A stretch of DNA of 24,425 nucleotides from IMG/VR virus record IMGVR_UViG_3300037465_000510, positions 1 through 24,425 of that record; one strand, written 5' to 3'. Below the pieces are notes generated by a model. That model saw only the letters and a program-made list of their open reading frames with translations. It made no database searches and was not told the origin of the DNA. Made by a program: the position numbers and the translations under genes. The DNA comes from a virus. Its lineage: Duplodnaviria > Caudoviricetes. Of this stretch, positions 8,236-16,356 are shown piece by piece (position 1 is the stretch's first letter; every line of letters starts with the position of its first letter).

Positions 8236-8561
8236 GCGCGCAGCCCCTGCACGATGCGTGCGAACTCTGTCACCAGCCCGGCCACGCGCTCGAGGTTGCG
8301 CGTCGCGCCGTTCAACACGTGCTCCATGCGCTCGTCCGACTCTCGCAGCCGTTTCGCCACCTCGCGCACAGCGGCCGTGTTCTCGGTGAGCGCGCTGGCC
8401 ACGCGCTCGAGCTCGTCGCGCACCTCGCCCATCGCCTGGTGGATCGTGCGCTCGATGCGGCAGAGCGTCGCGAGCTGATTCGCGGCGTCGGGCTGCGGCG
8501 CGAGACCGGCGACCTCGGCGGGCAGCGGCTCGACGCGATGGACGCGCACGCGGTCGATCAT
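8232..8561 (-). CDS. Coiled-coil protein, 109 aa
   Basis: Start ATG 8561 (ATGA overlap); MIDRVRVHRV...heptad-rich helix; GTGA overlap with the next gene. Confidence 0.6.
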   Translation of the reverse strand: MIDRVRVHRVEPLPAEVAGLAPQPDAANQLATLCRIERTIHQAMGEVRDELERVASALTENTAAVREVAKRLRESDERMEHVLNGATRNLERVAGLVTEFARIVQGLRA

Positions 8562-9016
8562 CGGGCCCTCGCGTGACGACGGTCGGGTGAAGCCCAGACG
8601 CGATCGTCGGCGAGCTGGAAGAGGAAGGCGCCCGGCCGATCGCTGACGAGCGTCCAGACTTCGCCGGGCACCACGGTGTGCGGCTGGCCGTTCACCGTGA
8701 ACCGCACATGAGGCGGCAGCGCGGCATCGGCGAGCGGGTCCGGCTCGGGTAGCACCATGAATTCGACCGTGTCGACGCCGTCGGCGTCGAACTCCTCGAG
8801 CGAGAGCGAGAGCCGGACCCTCGGGACGCGCACGAGACGCTGGCGCCCGTTCACTCCTGGCTGGCGCTTGTACGCGTGCGGCGAACGCGCGATCGCGTTG
8901 ATGTGGGGGTCGGGCACCTCGATCGCGTCCGGGTGCGGCTTCTCGTCGCGCAGCACGACGAGCTGCACGCCGTTCTCGTCGTAGACCCAGCGGCGATACC
9001 CGAGGCCGTCTCCCAT
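8558..9016 (-). CDS. Tail-tip-associated hypothetical protein, 152 aa, beta-rich C-terminus
   Basis: Starts 3 nt after the J-like gene; ADGVD...FTVNG...PGAFLFQL beta-strand pattern. Confidence 0.6.
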   Translation of the reverse strand: MGDGLGYRRWVYDENGVQLVVLRDEKPHPDAIEVPDPHINAIARSPHAYKRQPGVNGRQRLVRVPRVRLSLSLEEFDADGVDTVEFMVLPEPDPLADAALPPHVRFTVNGQPHTVVPGEVWTLVSDRPGAFLFQLADDRVWASPDRRHARAR

Positions 9017-9019
9017 CGC

Positions 9020-12000
9020 TCACTTGTCCTCGCGCACCCAGAGCGCGCTGTTGGGCGAGATCAAGAGGCCGAGCGGCCAGTCCGCGTCCTCGGCGTTGTC
9101 GATTCTCGTCTCGTAGGCGAACGACGTCGCCTCGCTGCTGCCAATCGGGTCGCCCTCGAGGAGCAGCTGCGTGTCGGAATCCACCTGCAGAATCGGGTTC
9201 CAGTTCGTGTTGACGGCGCTCCCGGGGATGCGCAGCTCGAGGAGCGGATCGGCCGCGCCGGCAGAGTGGTCTCCCAACAGCCCAGAGCGGCGCCAGCGCG
9301 TGCCGGTGCCCAGCACGATGCGGTTGCTGCCGGACAGCCCGCCGAAGCGCGCGGTGCCCTCGCGATAACCCTTCGAGCGCGAGTAGATGACCTGGAGCTC
9401 GTAGCTGTAGACGCCGGCCGGCTGTAGATCGAGCACCGAGATGTGCGGCGCGAAGAAGTAGCCGCCCGCCGTGATGTGGAGCGGATCGAGGACGAAGACC
9501 TCGCCCTCTCCATCGGCACCGGCGTTGGCCACTACGGGATTGCGCACGATCCGGTACTGGAACTGGGAGTGTAGGTGCGCGGGCCGCTGTTGACCGCTGG
9601 CCCCGTAGACGCCTGCATCGATGCATCCCTGGAAGAACCCACCGACCACGATTGTCGAACGCCCATTCGCGCTGTTGGGCTGTCCTTCGACGGTGAGCGT
9701 CTGGCGCAGGATCGTCTTCCAGATGTCCGCTTCAGCGGTATTAAAGTCGAAGACGCGCAGCGGGCTCGCCGTGATCGCCTCGCTCATGTTCGAGAAGGCG
9801 TTCGGCTTCATCAACGCGTTCGAGTGGCCGGGGTCGCCCTGCTTCTCGGCGACGACGCTCTTCAGCGGCAGCACCTTGCCGCTCTTCAGCTTCGCCTTTG
9901 CTCGCACGCCAAGCTTCTTCTGCAGTCCGCGCCCGAAGACACGCTGCTGGTCCTCGTACTGCATCGCCGGCGTGTACCGGAGCTCGCGAGAGCGCTGCTT
10001 CAGCGTGCGCAGGATCTTGTTGGTGTCGGGGTCAAAGACCTCGATCTCGAATTCCTGCACGGCCGCATCGACGTCGGCATCGGCTCCCGCGCCGCCGCCC
10101 TCGCCAGCCGACGGCTCGCTGCCGAGATCGGTCTGGATCGAAAGTGCGGGCTCGATCAACATCATGTGGAGATCGGGCGTGCTCCAGGTCGAAGACGGAA
10201 TGCCGCCGGCGCCGACGAACAGGAAGCTGCCGAAGCTGCCGAACGGGTTCCCAATGCCGCCCTCGAACGAGGGGAAGTAGGGCCCGATCGTCGGAACGGT
10301 GAGCTCGTAGCTCCACTGGGTCGTCGCCGGCGTGCCTGGGCGCCCGAACGGATCCACGAGTCGCACCGTGATGTCGTACGAACCGAGCGAGGTCGGCGTG
10401 AAGTCCCACGAGAGACCGCTCACCTTGGCGATTCGCTGCGGCTCGCCGGCTTTCCGGACCTGCACGAAGTAGCTCGACCCGAGCGGCGCTGCGGTCGGCG
10501 CCTGCCATGCGATCCGCACGACCTGAGAGCCGAGTTGAATGGTGCCGGTACTCTGTGGCGCCACGGTGAGATTCGTCGGCGCTCCCGCGAGGCCGACGCT
10601 TGCGACGCGCGTGACAGAAGCCGGCTCGCTGCGCTGCCGGTCGGCGCCGATCGCGCGCACCTGCGCGTCCCAGTCGTCGTCGATCGGAAGCGGGCCGATC
10701 CTCACCTCGACGGATTGGCCGCCGATCGTCTCGATGTGGTCGAACTGCGTCGCGTCCGAGCCGAGCGGGTAGGCGCGCCAGGCGACCTCGTAGCGCTCGG
10801 CGTTTCCGCCGCTCGGGTTCGGCGCGATCGCGAGGTAGTAGGTCACCGCCACGTCGTCGGTGTCGCCGAGGGGCTGCGCGATCTCGGCGCGAATGCGCGG
10901 CGACGAGAGATAGATCTCCTCGTCTCCCGACCCGAGCTCGGCGAACAGCTCGGCGGCCGGATCGTCGAGCACGAGGTACGCGGCGGTCGCGAGCGCGACG
11001 CGGAACGGCGTCGTGGTGTTCGAGCGCGCGAAGCCAGTCGCCGAGACGTACGTGTCGGAGGCCATGCCGGCGGCCAGGAACGATCCCGACGCGCGGTGAA
11101 GCTGCGATTGGCGCACGAAGCGAGCGGACGCGACCTCAGTCACGCCGGCCGCGTTCGTGATCGTGATGCCGTCTCCGCCGTTGCGCAGCGCGGTGATGGG
11201 GAAGACGCCGCGGTTTTCATCGCGGAAGCCCGTCTCACAGGCGACGTAGCCGGCGGCGCGGAAGCTCGCGAAGAGCGCCTCGCCCACGGGCCCATCGATA
11301 TGCACGACGCCCGCGCCCTGCGGCGTGACCGAGAGCTGCGCAAGCCCGGTGCCATACGAGTCGACGTCGACCGTCGCCGGGCCCGTGCGGAAGGCGCCGA
11401 TCAGCTGCTCGTCGCCGCTCGCCGCCTCGGTCACGAGCGTCGCGCCGGTGATGGTGAGTGCGCTGGCCGTGACCGCCGTGATCTCGGCGTGGAGAGCATT
11501 GTTGGCCGCGTTCGTGAAGCCACTCGCGCGAACGCGCATTCCGACCTGGAAGCCGTCGCTCACGAAGGAGCCGGTCGCGCGGGTGAACTGGTTCGGCGCC
11601 GCGGCTGCAATCGAGGCGACGCCGGTAATCACTTCGAGGCGAACGGCCGTGATCTCGGGCCGGCCGGGCGGGGCGCCGGTGTTCGCGAACGTCGAGCGGC
11701 GACGACCGAGCAGCGACGTGAAGTTCGGCACCGGCTGCAGATCGATCACGTCGAACAGCTCGGGCGCGTGGTCGCGGCAGATGAGCTTGCCGTCGAAGTT
11801 GCCCTGCGCGATCTCGCTGCGCTTCTTCTGGATCGCCTCGACGACGAGCTCCTGCGTCTGCAGCTGGTACTCGCCGAGCACGACCGCGACACCGCGCGCA
11901 GCGCCCGCTTGGATCCAGCTCGAGCCGTCAATCGCGCTCACGAGCTTGACCCACTGGTCCGAGGCCTTCGCCGCACGGAGCGTGGCCGTGCCGGCGACGT

Positions 12001-14371
12001 CGACGCGCGATTCGACCGCGACGAAGTTGCCTGCCGCGCTGACACCGCCAAGCCGCACCGCCGGGTCGCCCAGATCGTCGAAGCTCCACGTCTCGTCGAC
12101 GCGCAGCTCCGAAATGGCGTCACCCGGCGGAGTGAATTCGAGCAGCACCGCGCGCGAGGCGCCCCAGTTGAAGACCTCGGTCGAGACTTCGACCATCTCG
12201 CCGCGCTGGACGCCTAGCCACTCGATGCCGCAGTCGATCTCATAGGCCTCGGCGCGCAGCTTCGCGAGCGCGAGCTGGAAGCGCCCCTCGCGCCAGACCT
12301 CGGACGCGCGCTGGGTCAGCTGGAACACGCGCCGCTCGTAACGCTGCGCGGCGGTCGCGGTGATCGTCGTCGACGCGGATCCGCTCGTCGGGAGCAGTGC
12401 GCTCGGATCGTGGAGCGTGAGGACGGTCGCGCTCACATTGTCGATCAGGAAATACGCGTCGACGGCGCCCACCTGAACGCGCACGAAGCCTTCCGTGGCG
12501 ACGAGGTCGCTGTCGAAGTCGCCGCTCGCACGCGTGAGCGTCTTGCGGCCCGCCGCCGGCACGCTGTAGGTGAGGCTCAGCGCTGAGACGCTGCCAGAGT
12601 CGTCGGCGTAGAGGTCATCGTAGACGACGCGCTCGTCAGTCTTGTAGTCGAGCGCCTCGTTCCGGAAGGTGCAGCGCAGCGCGTGCGGGCGGATCGGCCA
12701 CGAGCGGGTCGAGCGCGCGGCGGTAATCTCGGCGTCCGTCAGGATCAGCGTCGGCGCTGAACGCTTGCGGTTCACGACGACCGCATACTTGCCGTCGATG
12801 CGGTCGAGCGTCGCGCGGCCTGTCCCGAGGATCTGGCTCACCACGTCCCACATGGAGAGGCCGTCCTGGTCAAACACTCCGTCGCACTGGTGGCGCGGCT
12901 CGGTGCCGCCGTTGATGGTGGGCACGAGCTCGGCGCAGTAGTCGTAGAACGTCTGGAAGCTCGCGAAGTCGATCTGCGCGTCGGGGATCGGGTTGCGGAC
13001 CTCGTAGGTCACACCCGTTCCGTTGTGGCTCGTGAGGTAGAAGAGCGCGATCGCAGCGGGGTTGCTCGTTTCCTGCACCGCGCCGCGCGCCCCGCCGGAG
13101 AGGATCGGTACGCGCGCGCTTGCGACGCAGTTCACGTTGCCCGACGAGTCGGTGTTGCTGGTCTCGCCGACCGCGGTCACGTCGATCACGGTGCAGCCCG
13201 GCGAGAATCCCTTGATCGCCGGCTCGGGCACGAAGCCGGTAAGGCGAACCCAGGTCGGATCGGTGAACAGCGTCGACACGTTCGAGCCCGTGCCGCCGCG
13301 CTCCTTCGTGTAGTCGCTCGGCGAAATCGAGCCGGTGTCGAAGACCTCGCTCGAGACGAGCAGCTGAGCGCGCAGCTCGTACTGCTTGGCAGGCGCGCCG
13401 AGTTCGCGCGTGACACGCACGCCGCAGGCGCTCGTCGTCTTACCGATCACCGTGACTCGGCCCGACGTGATCGTCTTCGCGCTCGTCGCCGAGCCCCACG
13501 TCTCGAGAGCCGCACCCGAGCCAAAGCTCAGCCAGGAGCCCGCGCCGACCTCGCGATACTCAATCTGGAGATCGACCGCGTGGAAGCGCTTGTTGCCCTT
13601 CTCGCTGTAGCGCGCGAGCCCCGGGAACTCGAACTCCAGCTCAAGGCGCGTTGCCCGCTGGGAGAGCGTCTGGACGAACGCCGGCGAGCCGCCGATCCTG
13701 TCCTCGAGCTTGATGTTCGGATAGAGCTGCTCGACGGTCGGGAAGTTGATCGCGGTCTGGTTTCGCAGGACCGACGCTTCCGAAGGCAGGAGCGCGCGGT
13801 CGGTCTCGCCGAAGCGGATCTGCGAAACGATGGCGTCTCCCATCGTCACGAAGAGCAGCGCGCGGGTCGTGGGCTCGGTCCCGCGCTGGCGAATCAGCGT
13901 GACCGCCGCGTGCGGCGGCGCGAGGCGCGTTTTCCCGAAAACGCGCCAAAGCGGGGCGTCGGGGAGAAACTGGTTCCCGACCTGCTTGACCGTCGCGCTC
14001 GGCGTGCGGTCGATCTCGTCCGGCTTCCCGGGCTCCCCGATGATGGCCTGGACGATGTAGCTGACCGCGAGCGAGATCAGCGCGTAGACGAGCGCCTCGA
14101 GCAGCCCGTATCCCGGAGTCACGCGTACGGCGACCACGTCGCCTGCCTGCGTCACCCGGGAGAGATCGCTCGCGGACTCGGTGTTCACGCTGACGAACGC
14201 CCGGGCGCGAACGTCCTCGGGGACGAGCTGTTCGACAATCGAGAGCAGCGAGCTGCCGGCAGGTACGTCCGCGAACACGCGCTCCGTGCTCAGCGGATTC
14301 AGGAAGGCGACGACGCGAACCCGTCCGCGCTCAAGCGCGGCTTGCGTCGTGAGGTGGCCGGAGCGCGGCAT
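9020..14371 (-). CDS. Central tail tip / host-specificity protein (lambda gpJ-like), 1783 aa, with N-terminal gpI-like ubiquitin-fold segment and Fn3-like domains
   Basis: J-type motifs TSNPAAIALFYL, CDGVFD, LRCTFRNEALDYK, EIDCGIEWLGVQRGEMVEV; Fn3-like APTNLTV..IAWQAP..YDITVR; position after NlpC/P60. Confidence 0.88.
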   Translation of the reverse strand: MPRSGHLTTQAALERGRVRVVAFLNPLSTERVFADVPAGSSLLSIVEQLVPEDVRARAFVSVNTESASDLSRVTQAGDVVAVRVTPGYGLLEALVYALISLAVSYIVQAIIGEPGKPDEIDRTPSATVKQVGNQFLPDAPLWRVFGKTRLAPPHAAVTLIRQRGTEPTTRALLFVTMGDAIVSQIRFGETDRALLPSEASVLRNQTAINFPTVEQLYPNIKLEDRIGGSPAFVQTLSQRATRLELEFEFPGLARYSEKGNKRFHAVDLQIEYREVGAGSWLSFGSGAALETWGSATSAKTITSGRVTVIGKTTSACGVRVTRELGAPAKQYELRAQLLVSSEVFDTGSISPSDYTKERGGTGSNVSTLFTDPTWVRLTGFVPEPAIKGFSPGCTVIDVTAVGETSNTDSSGNVNCVASARVPILSGGARGAVQETSNPAAIALFYLTSHNGTGVTYEVRNPIPDAQIDFASFQTFYDYCAELVPTINGGTEPRHQCDGVFDQDGLSMWDVVSQILGTGRATLDRIDGKYAVVVNRKRSAPTLILTDAEITAARSTRSWPIRPHALRCTFRNEALDYKTDERVVYDDLYADDSGSVSALSLTYSVPAAGRKTLTRASGDFDSDLVATEGFVRVQVGAVDAYFLIDNVSATVLTLHDPSALLPTSGSASTTITATAAQRYERRVFQLTQRASEVWREGRFQLALAKLRAEAYEIDCGIEWLGVQRGEMVEVSTEVFNWGASRAVLLEFTPPGDAISELRVDETWSFDDLGDPAVRLGGVSAAGNFVAVESRVDVAGTATLRAAKASDQWVKLVSAIDGSSWIQAGAARGVAVVLGEYQLQTQELVVEAIQKKRSEIAQGNFDGKLICRDHAPELFDVIDLQPVPNFTSLLGRRRSTFANTGAPPGRPEITAVRLEVITGVASIAAAAPNQFTRATGSFVSDGFQVGMRVRASGFTNAANNALHAEITAVTASALTITGATLVTEAASGDEQLIGAFRTGPATVDVDSYGTGLAQLSVTPQGAGVVHIDGPVGEALFASFRAAGYVACETGFRDENRGVFPITALRNGGDGITITNAAGVTEVASARFVRQSQLHRASGSFLAAGMASDTYVSATGFARSNTTTPFRVALATAAYLVLDDPAAELFAELGSGDEEIYLSSPRIRAEIAQPLGDTDDVAVTYYLAIAPNPSGGNAERYEVAWRAYPLGSDATQFDHIETIGGQSVEVRIGPLPIDDDWDAQVRAIGADRQRSEPASVTRVASVGLAGAPTNLTVAPQSTGTIQLGSQVVRIAWQAPTAAPLGSSYFVQVRKAGEPQRIAKVSGLSWDFTPTSLGSYDITVRLVDPFGRPGTPATTQWSYELTVPTIGPYFPSFEGGIGNPFGSFGSFLFVGAGGIPSSTWSTPDLHMMLIEPALSIQTDLGSEPSAGEGGGAGADADVDAAVQEFEIEVFDPDTNKILRTLKQRSRELRYTPAMQYEDQQRVFGRGLQKKLGVRAKAKLKSGKVLPLKSVVAEKQGDPGHSNALMKPNAFSNMSEAITASPLRVFDFNTAEADIWKTILRQTLTVEGQPNSANGRSTIVVGGFFQGCIDAGVYGASGQQRPAHLHSQFQYRIVRNPVVANAGADGEGEVFVLDPLHITAGGYFFAPHISVLDLQPAGVYSYELQVIYSRSKGYREGTARFGGLSGSNRIVLGTGTRWRRSGLLGDHSAGAADPLLELRIPGSAVNTNWNPILQVDSDTQLLLEGDPIGSSEATSFAYETRIDNAEDADWPLGLLISPNSALWVREDK

Positions 14372-14762
14372 GCCGATAGATCCCCACGATTCGCCCCGCC
14401 ACGAGGCTGGATCGATACGCGACGAGGTGGCCGCCGACCGGAGGCCGACTCGAGAGCGCGTACTGCGCGTCGACGACGAGCGCGCAGTGGATCGGCGCGC
14501 TCCGGGTGCGGATAATCAGCATGTCGAACGGAGCGGCGCTCTCGACCGCGCTCCATGCGGAAGTCGCGGCCTCTTGCCGGATCAGCTCCGTGCGGAGCGC
14601 GGCTTCCGCAGCATCCAGCGAAGGATCCACGTCGCGCGAGTATCGATTCGAGAAATCCGGGAGCGCGATGCCCTTCTGCTCGAGCAGCGCGCGCCGGCAG
14701 ATGTCCCAGCAATTCGCCTCTTCGAACGGAACGCCGATGTACGGACGCACCCAGCTGCTCAC
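14331..14762 (-). CDS. NlpC/P60-family tail tip assembly protein (gpK C-domain-like)
   Basis: GTG 14762 (GTGA overlap); WVRPYIGVPF..NCW catalytic Cys and IHCALVV His; ends RIVGIYRH. Confidence 0.85.
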   Translation of the reverse strand: MSSWVRPYIGVPFEEANCWDICRRALLEQKGIALPDFSNRYSRDVDPSLDAAEAALRTELIRQEAATSAWSAVESAAPFDMLIIRTRSAPIHCALVVDAQYALSSRPPVGGHLVAYRSSLVAGRIVGIYRHAALRPPHDASRA

Positions 14763-15253
14763 AGCCGCAGCGACCGGAATCCGCTCGCCGGGTTGAAGCG
14801 CCAGCCGACGCTCGGGTCCTGCGCGAGGTTCTCGTAGAGGTGGATCTCGATCGTCATCGTGGGCAGCGCGAAGTTCGCGACGCGAATCGGCCCCGAGACC
14901 GACCACTCGATCGTGTCAGGGTCGTCGAGCGACGCGAACCGTAGTTCCGCGATTGCCGGGTCAGCGAGCGTGCGCATCGCGACCCGGAGGTCAGGCGGAA
15001 CCCCATCGATCGCGATCTGCGCGACCGGGATCTCCTCATCGACGCCCTCGTCGGGCAGCTTCAGCTCGAAAGCGCGCGCCCGGTACAGCTCGCCTCCGCT
15101 CACGACGTCGTGTGCCGCGAGCGCGAGCCGCAGGTGCTCGATCTGGCCGGTCACGGGCGAGGTCCAGGAAACGTGCAGCAGCACGAGCAGGTTCTGGTCA
15201 TTCGCGCGCGCGAGCAGGTGTTGTCGAAACGCGACGCTGACGCGGCTGCTCAC
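14759..15253 (-). CDS. DUF1833-like minor tail protein, 164 aa
   Basis: GTG 15253 (GTGA overlap); motifs YRARAFELKLP, IAIDGV, DDPDTIE, RFNPASGF; lies between Dit and NlpC/P60. Confidence 0.8.
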   Translation of the reverse strand: MSSRVSVAFRQHLLARANDQNLLVLLHVSWTSPVTGQIEHLRLALAAHDVVSGGELYRARAFELKLPDEGVDEEIPVAQIAIDGVPPDLRVAMRTLADPAIAELRFASLDDPDTIEWSVSGPIRVANFALPTMTIEIHLYENLAQDPSVGWRFNPASGFRSLRL

Positions 15254-16350
15254 GTGGGCGAGTCTGCGACGACGTCGGCGGCCGTGACCCCCGCCGCGGC
15301 GCTCGTCAGGTTGTGGCTGCCGAAGGGCGTCGCCGCATAGTCCTTGCCGAGATCGGCATCGGGGCTCGCATCGTGGCCGAGCCGGTACCAGTGCTGGAGC
15401 GACGCCTGCGACGCGTAGCCGTTCTTCGCCGCGTTCCAGTCGAAGTCGCGCCCGCCGAAGTAGAGCGATGCCACTTCGGCCGCCGCGAGCTCGCTCGACC
15501 AAAGGCCAAGCGAGTGAATGCGCCCCGCAAAGTCGAAGCCCGAGCGACCTACCGCGATGGCACGCGCGGTATCGGTGAGCGAGCCGGTCGTGTTCGTCGG
15601 AGTGCTCGTAGGCGTCAGCAGGCCGCCGTTCACGTAGACGCGCAGCGGGTCGCTCCCTTCGCTGCCGTCGAAGGCGACCGCGATGCAGCGCCACTGGTTG
15701 CGCGGCAGCATCGCCGCGAAGCGGTGCTGCTTGATCAGCGTGCCCGCCGAGTTGTAGACGCTGACTTCGAGCGCGTCGGAGGTGCTCGCCTGGCGCGCGA
15801 CGACGATGCGATTGTTCGAGTTCGCGGCCGCGAACACCTCGGCGATTCGGCGTTCGACCGTGTCGCTGTCGCTGCGCTTCGCCCAGACGACGAGCGTCCA
15901 GGTGTCGACGATGCCGACCGTGGCCTCGCTCGACGCGAGCCGCTCGGTCGAGCCGTCGAGGTCCAGGCTCACCGTCTGCGAGTCGAAGGGGGCGTCATCC
16001 GTGCGCACGAGAGCGAGCTGGAGTCGCAGTAGCGTCGCCGCGACCGGGGAGACGCTGTAGGCCGCCATCGGCTGCCACACAACGTTCTCGCTCGTGATCG
16101 GGTCGAGGAGGCCCTGAAAGGGCAGCGCGCCGTCGCGGAGCGTGTCGCGCCAGAAGGCCTCGAACGCCACGAATTGCGAGGCGCTCACGTGGAACGTGAA
16201 GACCTGCCGGTGCTGTCGCGAGAGCGCTTTGCGGCGTGCCTGCAGGCGACCCGAGAGTGTCTCGGTGAAAACCGTATTCGGCGCCGGCTGCCGTTCGTAC
16301 CCTTCGACCGCCACATAGCTCGGGAGCGACGCGGGCCAGACAGCAGCCAT
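15250..16350 (-). CDS. Distal tail protein (Dit-like) with C-terminal LamG/concanavalin-A-like domain
   Basis: WPASLP N-terminus and FEAFWRDTLRDGALPF right after the tape measure; LamG motifs SLDLDG, WTLVVWAK, QWRCIAVAFDG, LRVYVNG, FAGRIHSLGLWSSEL. Confidence 0.82.
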   Translation of the reverse strand: MAAVWPASLPSYVAVEGYERQPAPNTVFTETLSGRLQARRKALSRQHRQVFTFHVSASQFVAFEAFWRDTLRDGALPFQGLLDPITSENVVWQPMAAYSVSPVAATLLRLQLALVRTDDAPFDSQTVSLDLDGSTERLASSEATVGIVDTWTLVVWAKRSDSDTVERRIAEVFAAANSNNRIVVARQASTSDALEVSVYNSAGTLIKQHRFAAMLPRNQWRCIAVAFDGSEGSDPLRVYVNGGLLTPTSTPTNTTGSLTDTARAIAVGRSGFDFAGRIHSLGLWSSELAAAEVASLYFGGRDFDWNAAKNGYASQASLQHWYRLGHDASPDADLGKDYAATPFGSHNLTSAAAGVTAADVVADSPT

Positions 16351-16356
16351 ATCACC

